Positions 13,365-25,709 of a stretch of 64,000 nt of DNA are shown piece by piece; the stretch's first letter is position 1, and each line of letters begins with the position of its first letter. Origin of the DNA: the human T2T-CHM13v2.0 reference genome, Homo sapiens; NCBI RefSeq assembly GCF_009914755.1, contig NC_060935.1. One strand, 5' to 3'. The notes under the pieces were generated by a model. That model searched no databases. It was not told the origin of the DNA and worked only from the letters and a program-made list of their open reading frames with translations. The position numbers and the translations under genes were made by a program.

Positions 13365-14986
13365 ACCTGTCTGGCTGGACCAAGGTTTATCATCACTACA
13401 GGGTGTTGGAATAGAATCTGCCTGACCATGAGCCGGGAGATACGGTGCTAATTCCAGCCCTATGCCAACTGGATCCTCAGGTTCCTCATGGGTGAGGTTG
13501 GGGTCTTCTGTTCCTGACTGACCTCACAGGCTTCTTATAAGGAGTGCTGACTTCTTATTAAGTTGTGCAGCGTGCAGCCTTCACAAAGGGGCCCAGTGAA
13601 CTCCAAGGTGGGCTGAACTCCAGCCCAGGCTCCTCTGGCCAAACTCTGCATTGGCCCCAAGAGGGTGTCTCTTTCTAATGCACACAAAGGCTCAGTATAG
13701 GCTGAGGCAGCCTGGGTTTTAAGAAACAAAGAGCATTTAAATGCTTGGAAAGCTGGGGGTGAACTGGGGGCAGGGTGGGACATCTTACTGTAATCAAAGC
13801 TGCTGGGCTTCCAAGCCTCCTGCCAGCAGCTAAGAGGTTCCCTCTGGCTCCTGCTCCTATCCAGGTGCTCCGATCCAAATGGATCCAAGGGTACAGAAAG
13901 AAGTCATCAGGGGCTGCTCATGTCTGTGAGTTTTCACACTGAATGTGGGGCAAAGGAACAGGGTGCAAGGAAAGAAAGAAGAGGCTGGATAGCACATTAT
14001 TTGGAGCACTGCATTTCAATAATATCTTTCATTTAATGATGCTGTTGCTGAAAATCTCACCTGTTAGGAAGAGGGTTGGAGGACTGCCATCCAAGTGTAA
14101 TCATCCTCCTAAACAGCCCCAGGGAGCAGAACTGGGACTGAGGGGTGAAAGCGACAGGTAGACATATGTCAGCTCAGTGTTGGGGAAGATTCTCCAAAGG
14201 GCTTTTGGAGATGAGATGGGATTTCAGGAGAGGTATTCATGCCCCTGCGTCTCTCTCCAGCTTCAATCTTATCTCCATCACCCTCATTGTCTATGATTTA
14301 GCCACATTGACCTTGCGAGCCCTCCATCTTCCTTCTCATCCTTTTCTGGCTAACTCACAGTTGTTCTTCAGCTTCTTTAACCCCTAAATTAAGGCAGATG
14401 CCCCATACCATTGTATATGTGCTGAAACCTGCCCCTTTTCATTGCATGACCAGAGTCAAAATGTATTAACAGCTGACAGCTCTCTGCTCATAGATGAGAA
14501 GTCCTTTGCTTAGGAAAATACCTTAATGATCAGCTTCAGGTAGAAGGTGAGGACCTTGGGAACTGGCAGGAGCCTATGAAACAGACAAAAAAAAATAGCA
14601 AAACTCTTCTGTATGAGAAGAAAAGAGAAAATTATATTTCTCCAAGAGAAGAATAATATGGGGAGGAGTCAGCCAGATGCTGTGAAGCTGAGGACAATTT
14701 TGAGTAGATTTGTGGTAGGGTGGTGAATAACAATTCCTTAGTGCTGGCATAGCCAGAGGACATTTTAAGAAAAGTGATGTGTAATGTACAATTTAAAACT
14801 GTTAGGGTTGCTCTGATATGAACTCCTATTCTGATAGCTCCTTCCCACAGAAATCTGTGGGTAGGTCTAACAACACACAAATTGCCGTATATAAGCTGAA
14901 TTTTCCTGGAAATTGAGGATGGGCTGAGTTTCACACCTGTGCCATATAGTGTGGAACTGTAACAACACACATAAATGAGTTAGGAG

Positions 14987-15324
<338 letters not shown>

Positions 15325-15569
15325 AGATGGTCCAGAAACTGAGGAAGCAGGAATTGGCTTCCAAGCTGATGATGGGAACCTAAGACAACACACACCCCAC
15401 TTCCTCCCACCTCCCGGCATCCCAGGAAGAGCAGAAAGGGGTTTGTTGGTGTGAGCTAAGTTTACCTAGCTTGTGAGGATACCCAGCTGACATGGGGCTT
15501 GCAATCACATTAATGACAATGGTAATGAAATATCTGTACTGCCACTTATTCAGGATTTGCCTGTCCCTG

Positions 15570-15682
15570 AGAAGCTTGCAAAGATGAAACCTGTGTGTCC
15601 TGGTCTCACTTGTATGTCTTTAGCATCAAATCATATTGTGGGCATACCCAGTAACCAACAACTATTCAGTGGATGGATGGAT
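15570..15682 (+). mobile_element. L2 3' terminus
   Basis: cctgtgtgtcctggtctcacttgtatgtc...tattcagtggatggatggatg. Confidence 0.6.
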
Positions 15683-16029
15683 GTCACATCATAGAGAGGT
15701 TTAAATATATACCAGATAAGGCACTAGAGAAGATGTTGTAGAAATAGTTACCATTTGGGAGGATAAGGAAGAGAAAATTTAAGATTTCTTCTAACTCTGA
15801 GGATCCTTAATATACGGAGCAGAGTAGGATTCCAGCAGATATTCTTGTTAGACATGGCAAGAAGAATGGATTTGGTGCCCTCCAGGTGCAAGAAGGTCCT
15901 ACCTTCCTAAAAGATCTCACTGTGTTACAGTGAGTTGTCAGGTGCACAGAGACACCTAATAGACTTAATAAAATTTCTGGGCATTTTAAGCCTTCTTCTA
16001 AAATTCAGAGTTCTTTTAAAAACTAATTA

Positions 16030-16086
16030 TAAGGTTGGTGCAAAAGTAATCACGGTTTTCGCCATTACTTTTGCACCAACCTAATA
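16030..16086. mobile_element. MADE1 (Hsmar1-derived MITE), internally deleted
   Basis: aggttggtgcaaaagtaat ... attacttttgcaccaacctaa mariner TIRs flanked by TA. Confidence 0.95.
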
Positions 16087-16100
16087 ATACTAGCTACATT

Positions 16101-16399
16101 GTTTTCTTAGAAAAAGGGTATCCTTCTGTCACCAAGGCTGGAGTGCAGTGGCAGGATCGTGTCTTACTGCAGCCTCGACATTCTGGACTCTAGCAATCCT
16201 CTTGTCTCAGCCTCCTGAGCAGCTGGGACTACAGGTGCTTGCTACCATGCCTAGTGAATTTCTTTTAAGGTTTTTTGTTTTGTAGAGACAGAGTCTCACT
16301 ATATTGCCAAGGCTGGTCTCAAATTCCTGGCTCAAGTGATCCACCAGCCTCGGCCTCCCAAAGTGCTGAGATTATGGGCGCGAGCCACCGTACCTGGCC
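16101..16399 (-). mobile_element. AluJ
   Basis: actgcagcctcgac, gtctcactatattgcc, ctggctcaagtgatcc J-type features; TSD agctacatt at 16092-16100 and 16400-16408; inserted in a MIR end. Confidence 0.93.
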
Positions 16400-16625
16400 A
16401 GCTACATTTTTTGAGCTCTAATTTGTGGCAGGCATGATGCTAAGTATTTCACATAGACTAGCTCAGTTACTTATTCCCCACAACAAAAGTCCTAAAGATA
16501 GATGATATTTCTCCAGCTGGACAAACAAGGAAGTCGAGCTCAGCATGGTTAAGTAACTTGCCCAAGGTCAGCAGGTGCCAAGACTTGAACACAGCTCTGT
16601 CTGGCTTCCAGTGCTCTTCACCACA
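16400..16625 (-). mobile_element. MIR
   Basis: ggttaagtaacttgcccaaggtca core; ttttgagctc...ggcaggcatgatgctaag. Confidence 0.85.
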
Positions 16626-18744
16626 TAAGGATTCCCAGGCCTTTTTACCAGCATCCTTCACTAGACCTCAAGTTCAACCAGACAGCACATGCTACCCCTT
16701 ACCTGTGTGTAGGGGGAGGGTGATAAGCTCCTGGGGCAGACACAGGGTCTGGGCAAACCTCCGAGTGTGTCTTATGCTTCACTGATGGGCACAGCCCCTT
16801 GTGGGATCTTTGGAGCTGGGAGGATTGCCCTGGAACAATGGGGCTAATTCTCCTGGAGGATAACGCTCCACCCCTCCTCCTACTGGCAGAAGGCCGAAAA
16901 TTCGGGGTCAATTCTTCAGCTCAGTCATTTCTGGAAACCATCTAGGTTTAAATTGCTGACAGATAAGCTAACCACGTCTCCCAGCCTTTCCGCACGACTG
17001 TGCTTCCATGAAACCCGTTAACTTCTCGAATGGCTTTGATCAAGGCACTCTGGAGTGCAGGAGAGGAAGGATAGGAGAATAGCCTGGATTCCAGGACTGA
17101 GACTCTTGGAAGGCGGCCAGCTCTGCTTGCCGAGTGAGGAGGAAGGCAGCACGCACACCCGACCTCAGAGCCCTGGGATGGGGATGAGAGGCCGCTGCTG
17201 GAGCCCAGCGCTGGCCCTAGACGCTCTCTCCAGCTCCAGCGTCCAGCCCCGCCCCCTGTTCTGCAGCAACTGTTCAGGAGGCTGGATCTTGAGGCGGCGG
17301 CTGGGGGCTGGTCGGTGAGCATCAGGCTGGAGGCAGTTTGTACAGTGATTAATCTGCTCAGCCCAACAGCACCTCAGGTGGGCTCTTCCTGGAAGCCCAG
17401 ATGGAGGGTGGGCGTGTCCTCCTTCTAAGGCTGCCAGGAGGAGTCATGCCGCTCCATTCCAGCATGGGGCTTTATTGAAAGCAAACCTAACGGGGGAACC
17501 AAGATACCACTTTAGCCCCACAGTCCCTCAAGTCAGCGCAGGTGACATGCAGCAACCATGGAAATTAGAACTGTAGGTTGGGGTCTCCCCAAAGACGGCC
17601 TGAGATGGGGTGAATGCCCTCTCTCTGTGTGCTCCTGGGGCACATTGGGCAAGAGAAGGGCTCTCACTGGTTGATTTGGATGGTGACTCACCATCCAAAA
17701 ATCCCGTCACCCGGATGCTGATTGTCTCTGGCTCAGGATAAAGTCCGTGGTTTGATCAGCCGTGGCTTCCTCAGGGTTTCTCTTTGCCTCTTACGCACAA
17801 GACCCAGAAACATCAGGTAGAAAGACTCTCCTAGACCACCCCTGAGAAGCAGGCTGTAGGGGAAGCAGGCACTTCCTGGACTCCTCCCACCACCACTCTA
17901 GTGCAGACTAGGATTCGAGTCCTCTCTGGGAGGTGCTGTTTTCACTCCAGACCCTCAGATCTTGCCATCTTCATGACACCATGTCACATCCTGCAGGACA
18001 GGACTATTGATTTTATTTCTTTCCTGTCATTTACCTCTATCCACAACCCTGGGGTAACAGCCCCAGGACCGAGTCCAACTGTAGTCTCAGCCATAGAAAC
18101 TTACTATAATTTGAAAAGAGCATTATTTGAAGGAAAAATCTTCCTAATCCGCCTAAAGGCATTTTCAAAGAAGTATAGCCCAGTGAGGCGCTAAACTGCC
18201 TCTTAATTGCTCCAGTGGAATGTTTTCCAGCTCCAGGCCCATCAACACCTTCTGTAATCTTTGCTTTCAGCCCACACTTGTGGATACAACCCAGAAAGTT
18301 CTCAGTTCGTTTTGGGAGCTCTGAGCCACACTGTACTCATATTTGTTCATTTCTTACACCAAATTAATGGCATCTTCCTGAAGCAGAGACATGACTCAAC
18401 TCTAGGAAGGCAGCCAGAGGCTTTCAGAGCCGCATAGACTCTATTTCACTTGTGTTCTTCTCCAGCCATGGCCTGGGGTCAGAGATATAGGCAGTAAGGC
18501 TTCTTATTTATTTGTTTGTTGTTTGTTAAGAAAAGGCAGGTGAATGGAAGACTAGAGGAAGTAGTCTCACTCCTCCCCAGCAAAGTTCCCTCGTAGTTGT
18601 CAGGTGCACAGAGACACCTAAGTGAACCTCCCAGCAACAACTTTCATCCCACCCACTCTGCCCCATGCCCCTAAATATCTGTTTTCTCTGGACACATGAT
18701 TCCTAGGGAAATGCAGGCTGACATGGGAGAGAGAATGCTGGGAA

Positions 18745-18885
18745 CACTGACTTCAGAGTCAAAGAGGCCAGCTCTGTCATGAGTTGGGTGGCCCGGGCCA
18801 ACATACCACCTTCTCTGAGCCTCAGCTTCCTGTCTATAGAGTGGCGGGGGAGGGGGGTATCCTATTGCCTTCACAGGGCTGCCCT
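18745..18885 (+). mobile_element. MIR
   Basis: ccttctctgagcctcagcttcctgtctata...ccttcacagggctg. Confidence 0.7.
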
Positions 18886-19914
18886 GCAAATCAGTTCCCA
18901 CACCACCGCTCACCCCTAAGGGGTTTAGTATTAGGTAGAGGCAGCCCTCCAGGAGCCCCCACCCCAGTTTTCTGTGAGCAATGCATAATTAAATTTGGTG
19001 TAAGACAATGTGTTTGTCTTTAAATGAGAAAGGAAATCAGATGAATGAAAAGAGAGGGAAAAGAGGAAGAGTTGGGAAGAAAGGAAAAGCAGAGACTGGC
19101 TGGAGGTTGGAGCTTTTGTGTTCTTGGATGGTTTGAGTGCATCTATTTGGCTCCAGAGTGCTGGAGCCTCTCCTTCCCCAGTGGCTGCCTTGTGGTGGCT
19201 AGTGGAAGGGGAAGGAGACTAGCAGGGGACAGGGACTGGTGAAGTCTAGGCAATGCCTGGGAAGAGGAAGATCATGAGGGTCATTGTAGAAGCCTGGCTT
19301 TTCAGCGTGGGTCCTGGCAAGGGTGGGTGGTCCCTCACTGGCTCCAGAAGCCATGCAAGATCCATGCAGGAGGGGAGGCCTGGGCTTCTCCAACCTAGGG
19401 CCATTGATGAGCTGTAGTCTGAAAGCCTGGCCCCATGGCCTGCCAAGTAGATTTCGTTTAAAAATAACTCCTTGCAGCTCCGGTTGAGAGTGATTTGTGG
19501 AATTAAGATGGTGTCAGAGACAATTTTATGAAAGCAAGTGTTGTCCCTGGTGATGGTGTTTCCTGAAAGATGAGCAGATAACTCACCACGAGACATCCAG
19601 TTAGCCCACATTACCCTCCCCCAAGCCAAACAAAATTGACCACTGTTTTTATCCAAAATGGGACTCATTTTTAGAGACAAAGTAAGCCCTATGTTGGGGC
19701 CCAACCATCAGAACTGTGTCCTACTGGGATGAAGAATGACACTGACATGGACTCAGACCTCCTTAAACTAAGCTTCCCCGCTCCTAAGAAGCACCCCCCA
19801 GGCCAGGAGGCCCTTCCAAGAGAGCTGCTGCCAAGAATTTCCCTCCATCAGCGTCCACCCTCAGGGAGCCTCTGAATCAATAAGGCCTTTCTATGCACTC
19901 CTTGGCTCAAGGAG

Positions 19915-20700
19915 GCTCTAATTAGCTTAAGGAAGAAGGAAAGTTATTGGCTTGTTTAATTCAAAAGTCTGAGGTTAGTGCTGGCTTCAGGCACAGTTTG
20001 ATACAGGGGCTCAAATGACGTCAAAGAACCCAGGCTCCTCATCAGCTTGGATTTATACCCTCAAATGTCAGGTTCATTCTCAGCAGATTTTCTTCTTACA
20101 ACAGCACCGCTGCCACAGTTTCAGACTTTGTACCATCATAGCTCCAAATTCACAGGTAAGGAAAGTCAGTTTTTTCTGACTTTTTTTTTCAGATTGTTCT
20201 GGCTTTAATTGTGGACACATCCCTGAAGCAAACAGTGTAGACTAGTGCGATGGTCTGAATGTTTGTGTCCCCCTCAAATTCAAATGTTAAAACCTAACCT
20301 CCAAGGTGATGCTATGAAGAGGTGGGGTCTTTGGGAGGTGATTAGGTTATAAGCTCTCTGCCTTCTTGAGTGGGATGAGTGTCTTCACAAAAGAGGCCTG
20401 AAGGAGCCTCTCTGCTCCTTCCACCATGTGAGGACACATATGGGGTGCCATCTATGCAGAATGGGCCCTCACCAGATGCCAAAAATGCTGGTATGTTGAT
20501 CTTGAACTTCCCAGCCTCCAGAACTGTGAGCACTAAATTCCTGTTGTTTATGGATTACCTGTCTAAGGTATTTTGTTAAAGCAGCAGGAATAGAGTAAGA
20601 CAGCTGGGGAACGTGTCATCATGATGAGTAGAGGGGTGGCCCTGGGTGTGAATCCCAGACCCTGAAAACCACAATATTGAGAACAGGGGTGATGGTTTTG
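19915..20700 (-). mobile_element. Old ERVL/MaLR LTR (LTR33/MLT1K-N class), split by a younger MLT1A
   Basis: gcttaaggaagaaggaaagttattggct...ctggcttcaggcacagtttgatacaggggctcaaatgacgtca. Confidence 0.6.
20246..20602 (+). mobile_element. MLT1A-like solo LTR (MaLR)
   Basis: tgcgatggtctgaatgtttgtgtcccc...ttcccagcctccagaactgtgag...gagtaagaca; TG...CA ends. Confidence 0.92.
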
Positions 20701-20709
20701 GGGTCTCTT

Positions 20710-21120
20710 TCAGGATTGCATTCAGTGGCGCATAATAAAAATCCCCACCACAAGGAGTTTTTTGGTATAATGAGATGTCCAGAGGCATTCAGGGGAGCAG
20801 CCAAGAACCCTTCTAGACCCCTGTTCCATCTGGTTTGTGGCTCTCATCCTCATGGCTCCAAGAACGGCTGCTCTACAATCCAGGCACAAACAAGGGGGAA
20901 GGACAAAGGAAAAGGCTGCTGTCAGAGGAGTCTGTTTATTATCAGGAAAAACAACTTTCCATGAGATTCCTCTTTCTTATCTGCCAAAACTCAGCTTCAG
21001 GACAGTCTGGGGAGGTAAGTGTTTTAAACTGGATCTCAAGCAAAATTGAGATTGAATAATAAAGAAGAAGAGAATGGATTTTTGGCAGGTAAGGGGCAGT
21101 GTCAGCTATAGTCATCTGCT
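20710..21120 (-). mobile_element. Old MLT1 (J/K-like) LTR
   Basis: ctcatcctcatggctccaagaacggctgct...aaagaagaagagaatggatttttggcagg. Confidence 0.55.
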
Positions 21121-21796
21121 ACACAGTCACAAACAAGAAATGTGCACTAAAGCATTTGTCTTCTCCTTTACCAAGAATATACTTCTTAGCTCCTGAATCC
21201 AAGAAGGAGACTCAGCTCCTGGCTGGTGGCTTGGGGCTCAGTATCCCTAGAGTTCTCTCCAGAGGTGCCACAAGCCACTTTACTCACCATCTACAATGGT
21301 GCCACAGCCATTCTTGGGAGATGATTTGGTCTTTAAGTACAGAGAACTCAAAACTGATGACAGTTATTAAACATTTTTTTTTTGGTATTTTAAATTATAT
21401 GACATATTTTGAAAACTTTTTTAGAATTATAATTTTGGAGATTGGTGTTGGAAAAATGTATGTGTACATCCTTATGTAGATAGAGATATATTCAGTATTT
21501 ATACAAATCCTTTGCATTTAACTGTGTATGTGCACTTACTGCTACCCAGGGAAGCCTAAAGAAGTCCATTAGGTCTGCAGAACTAGGCAGCAATTATCTG
21601 GAGAGAAAGGACCGCATGGGCTTCTTAAAAACAATCGTGGGATGTCATTTTCTTGGGCTTCTGGAGCAAGAGAAGTGTACCACACAGCAGCAGGTAGAAA
21701 TGGCCGCTTCCCCTGCCAGGTGTTGTCTTAGGGAATAAAAGCAAAGCTGGGCAAGAGGGGTATTTCAGGTTGGAAAGGCCACAAACTATTACCGTA

Positions 21797-22980
21797 CAGT
21801 CATGATCGCCTAATGGTAAGAATACATTTTGAGAAATGCATCTGTCCGTAAGCGATTTCATGGTTGTGTGAACGTCACAGTGTGCTTAACACAAACCTAG
21901 ATGGTATAACCTACTACACACCTAGGCTACATTGTGTAGCCTATTACTCCTAGGCTACAAACCTGTACAGCATGTTACTGTACTGAATATTGTAGGCAAT
22001 TGTTACACAATGGTAAGTATTTATGTATCTAAACATAGAAACGGTACAGTGAAAATGTGGTATAAAAGATAAACAAGGGTACACCTGTCTAGGGCACTCA
22101 CCGTGAATGGAGCTTGCAGTACTGGAATTTGCTCTGGGTGAGTGAGTAGTGAATGTGAAGGCTTAGGACATGACTGTACACTACTGTAGACTTTATAAAC
22201 ACACTTAGGCCACACTAAATTTATTTAAAAAATTTTCTTCCATGATAAATTAACCTTAGATTACTATAATTTTTACCTTATAAACGTTTTAATGTTTAAA
22301 GTTTTTTGACTCTTTTGTAATAACATTTAGTTTAAAATACAAACACATTGTACAGCTGTGCAAAAATATTTTCTTTATATATACATATCTTTATTCTACA
22401 AGCTTTTCTCTCTCTCTCTCTGTATATATATGTGTATATATTTCTTTACCTTTTAAATATTTTCATTAAAAACTAAGACACAAACCCACACATTAGCCTA
22501 GATCTACACAGGGTCAGGATCATCAGTATCACTGTCTTTCACCTCCACATCTTGTCCCACTGGAAGGTCTTCAGGGGCAGTAATATGTATGGAGCTGTCA
22601 CCTCCTATGATCACAGTGCCTTCTTCTGGAATCCCTCCTGAAGGACCTGCCTGAAGCTATTTTACAGTTAACTGTTTTCTTTTTTTAAATAAGAAGTACA
22701 GTTTAAAATAACGATAACAAGTATAAATAAAAAATACACAAACCAGTAGCATCATTGTTTATTACCATTATCAAGTTTTTATGTATTGTACATATTGTAT
22801 GTGCTATACTTTTATACAACTGGTGGTACAGTAGGTTTGTTTATACCAGCATCCCCACAAATGTGTGAGTAACGTCATGACAGTTAAGACAGGAATTTTT
22901 CATCTCCATCCATTATAATCTTATGAGACCACCATGGCATTTTGTTGTTGACCGAAATGTCGTTATGCAACACATGGCTA
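21797..22980 (+). mobile_element. Tigger3b-type (Golem) non-autonomous DNA transposon, full length
   Basis: ta|cagtcatg start, acacaaacctagatggtataacctactacacacctaggcta, end gaccgaaatgtcgttatgcaacacatggcta|ta; ~1.2 kb; TA TSD. Confidence 0.93.
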
Positions 22981-23276
22981 TATTTTATTTTCTACTTCAT
23001 AGGATCAGAAGGTCACAGAATGTTGATTTAGAAAGGAGCTTGGTGATCATCTGATCAAATCCCTTCATTTTTCACTAGCTCCTTGTGCAAATGTCCTCAT
23101 TTAATCTCATCATGTAAGAAATCTCATCACCCAGAGAAATGTCACGGGGGTCCTGCAACTCCCTGGGTATTTAGAGGTTTAAGTCACAGGTTTAAAGGCA
23201 TGATTTGGGTAGAGAAGCTCTTTGGGGAAGAAGGGAAGAGAAAGGAACCTGCGATATATTGTTTCACTGGTCATAG

Positions 23277-23592
<316 letters not shown>

Positions 23593-23595
23593 TGG

Positions 23596-24190
23596 AATTT
23601 TTTTTTAGCTTTCTACTTATTCATGATTTCAGACTTACAGAAAAGATGCAAAAATATTACAAAGAACCAGTCTACCCTTCACCCAGATCTCACACTTGGA
23701 ATGTTACCACATTTGCTTTCAATAGATAAATCAATAGATTTATGAATATGAGAAAGAGAAAGAGATAGAGATGATAGATAGATAGGGATATATAGAGATA
23801 GGCAGAGAGATAGATAGAAATAGAAAAATAAAGATAATTTTTTTCTGAACTATTTGAATGTAAGTTGCAGATATGCTGCTACTTTATCCCTCAATACTTC
23901 AGTGTGTATTTCCTAAAAAGGAATTCTCTTACATTACCATAGCACAATACTCAAAATTAGGAAATTAACATTATAATAATACTATTAGCTAATTTACAGA
24001 CTTTATTCAAATTCTCCCATTATTCTAACAGTGCTCTGTATGGGTAAAGAAAATCCTGCATCACAGGTAACATTCAGCTGTCATGATGTCTCTTTATCTC
24101 CTTAAATCTGGAATAGTTCCTACATCTTTCCTTATCTTTTTTGGCCTTGACAGTTTCAATAAATACAGGCCAGTTATTTTGTAGAATTTC
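23596..24190 (-). mobile_element. L1MC-like 3' end
   Basis: ttcagacttacagaaaagatgcaaaaata, ttttctgaactatttgaatgtaagttgcaga, tacaggccagttattttgtagaat. Confidence 0.85.
23750..23825. repeat. Degenerate (GATA)/(GA)n microsatellite
   Basis: agagatagagatgatagatagatagggatatatagagatagg. Confidence 0.8.
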
Positions 24191-25356
24191 TGATTGGATT
24201 TTAAGACCATTAATATTCTGTGCGTAGCCTGAAAGAGAGGAATGCTATGACTTCCACATCGTGATTAATGCTAATGAGTCCAAGCACCATAAGAGTCCCA
24301 TCCATTGCAAGGAACAAGTAGAACACATAAGAGTTGGTAAGCCTGGGCTCCAGTTTGGAGAAAATAAGTCCAAGTCTACCAGTGGTTGAGTGGATCTTCC
24401 ACCCTTTCATGAGATGAGATCCATGGGGGAGAAGCCATCCTAGCTTCCCTCAATACCTAGGACACTTGTTCATTTGCAACAACCAAATATGGGCCTTTTA
24501 GTCACTATAGATGGTTGTCGCAAATGAATGATTGTTTTGTTTGTTATTCACTAAAGCCTAATTAAAACCGAGGTTATCAAGGCAGCTGCCAGCATCCGAC
24601 ATCTTCCTTCTCGCCTTTCCCATCCCATCACCAGTGGACATGATTCATTGGCTTTTAGTGCATTAGGCAAATTTGCTATAATTGCAAAGAGGGGAAGGAG
24701 CAGGGGGCCCATGGCACCACCCAGGCAATACACTACCCTTCCTGTAAGTCACACAGACTCCAAGAAAGCGGCTTAAATTGCATTTATTGATTTGTCAGCC
24801 TCTAATAGATCCTTTTTCACTGAGTAAAGGACAGAACCCTTAGAGAAAGTTCTTTCTCTTCCTACAACCCTCATCATGGGTCTTGTCTCAGTGGAAGGGT
24901 GTCTGTGGGGTTAATGACATGTTGGAGAGAATTAAAATGCAGACATCAATTTTTCCAAAGATACAGCTGAGAGAGGCCCACTGGGGCCTGTTTCCACCTC
25001 TGACAGATCCAAACTGGACTTCTTGACCCCAAAATAACTTTCAGGATTCTAATTTCCTTCCACCCGGGGTTTCTAAGATGAGCTTGCTGACTTTATGTTC
25101 GGTCCTCTGGAGCAGCTCCTTCTTTTAGACACCTTGGAAAAGGAAAAAGCATAGCATGGCTGTGCTATGGAATCCCATGTGGGAGGGCAGCCAGACAATA
25201 GTTCTCTAGCATCAATACTTAGCCAACATTCTACATTCAATAAGCACTTAAAAATTTCCTTAAAAACTGACAGTGTGACAGGCACATCGCTAGATCCTTT
25301 GCAAAATGGAAGTCTTCAAGCACAAAATACTCATAGAGACAGGGATAAAAATAACG

Positions 25357-25709
<353 letters not shown>

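Noticed and set aside
13560-13595. Possible MER91-like hAT fragments (also ~58675-58765)
   Set aside because: Too short and diverged to call by eye
20162-20189. Hairpin aaagtcag/ctgacttt followed by a T-run, like an intrinsic terminator
   Set aside because: Eukaryotic DNA; an 8-bp stem is expected by chance
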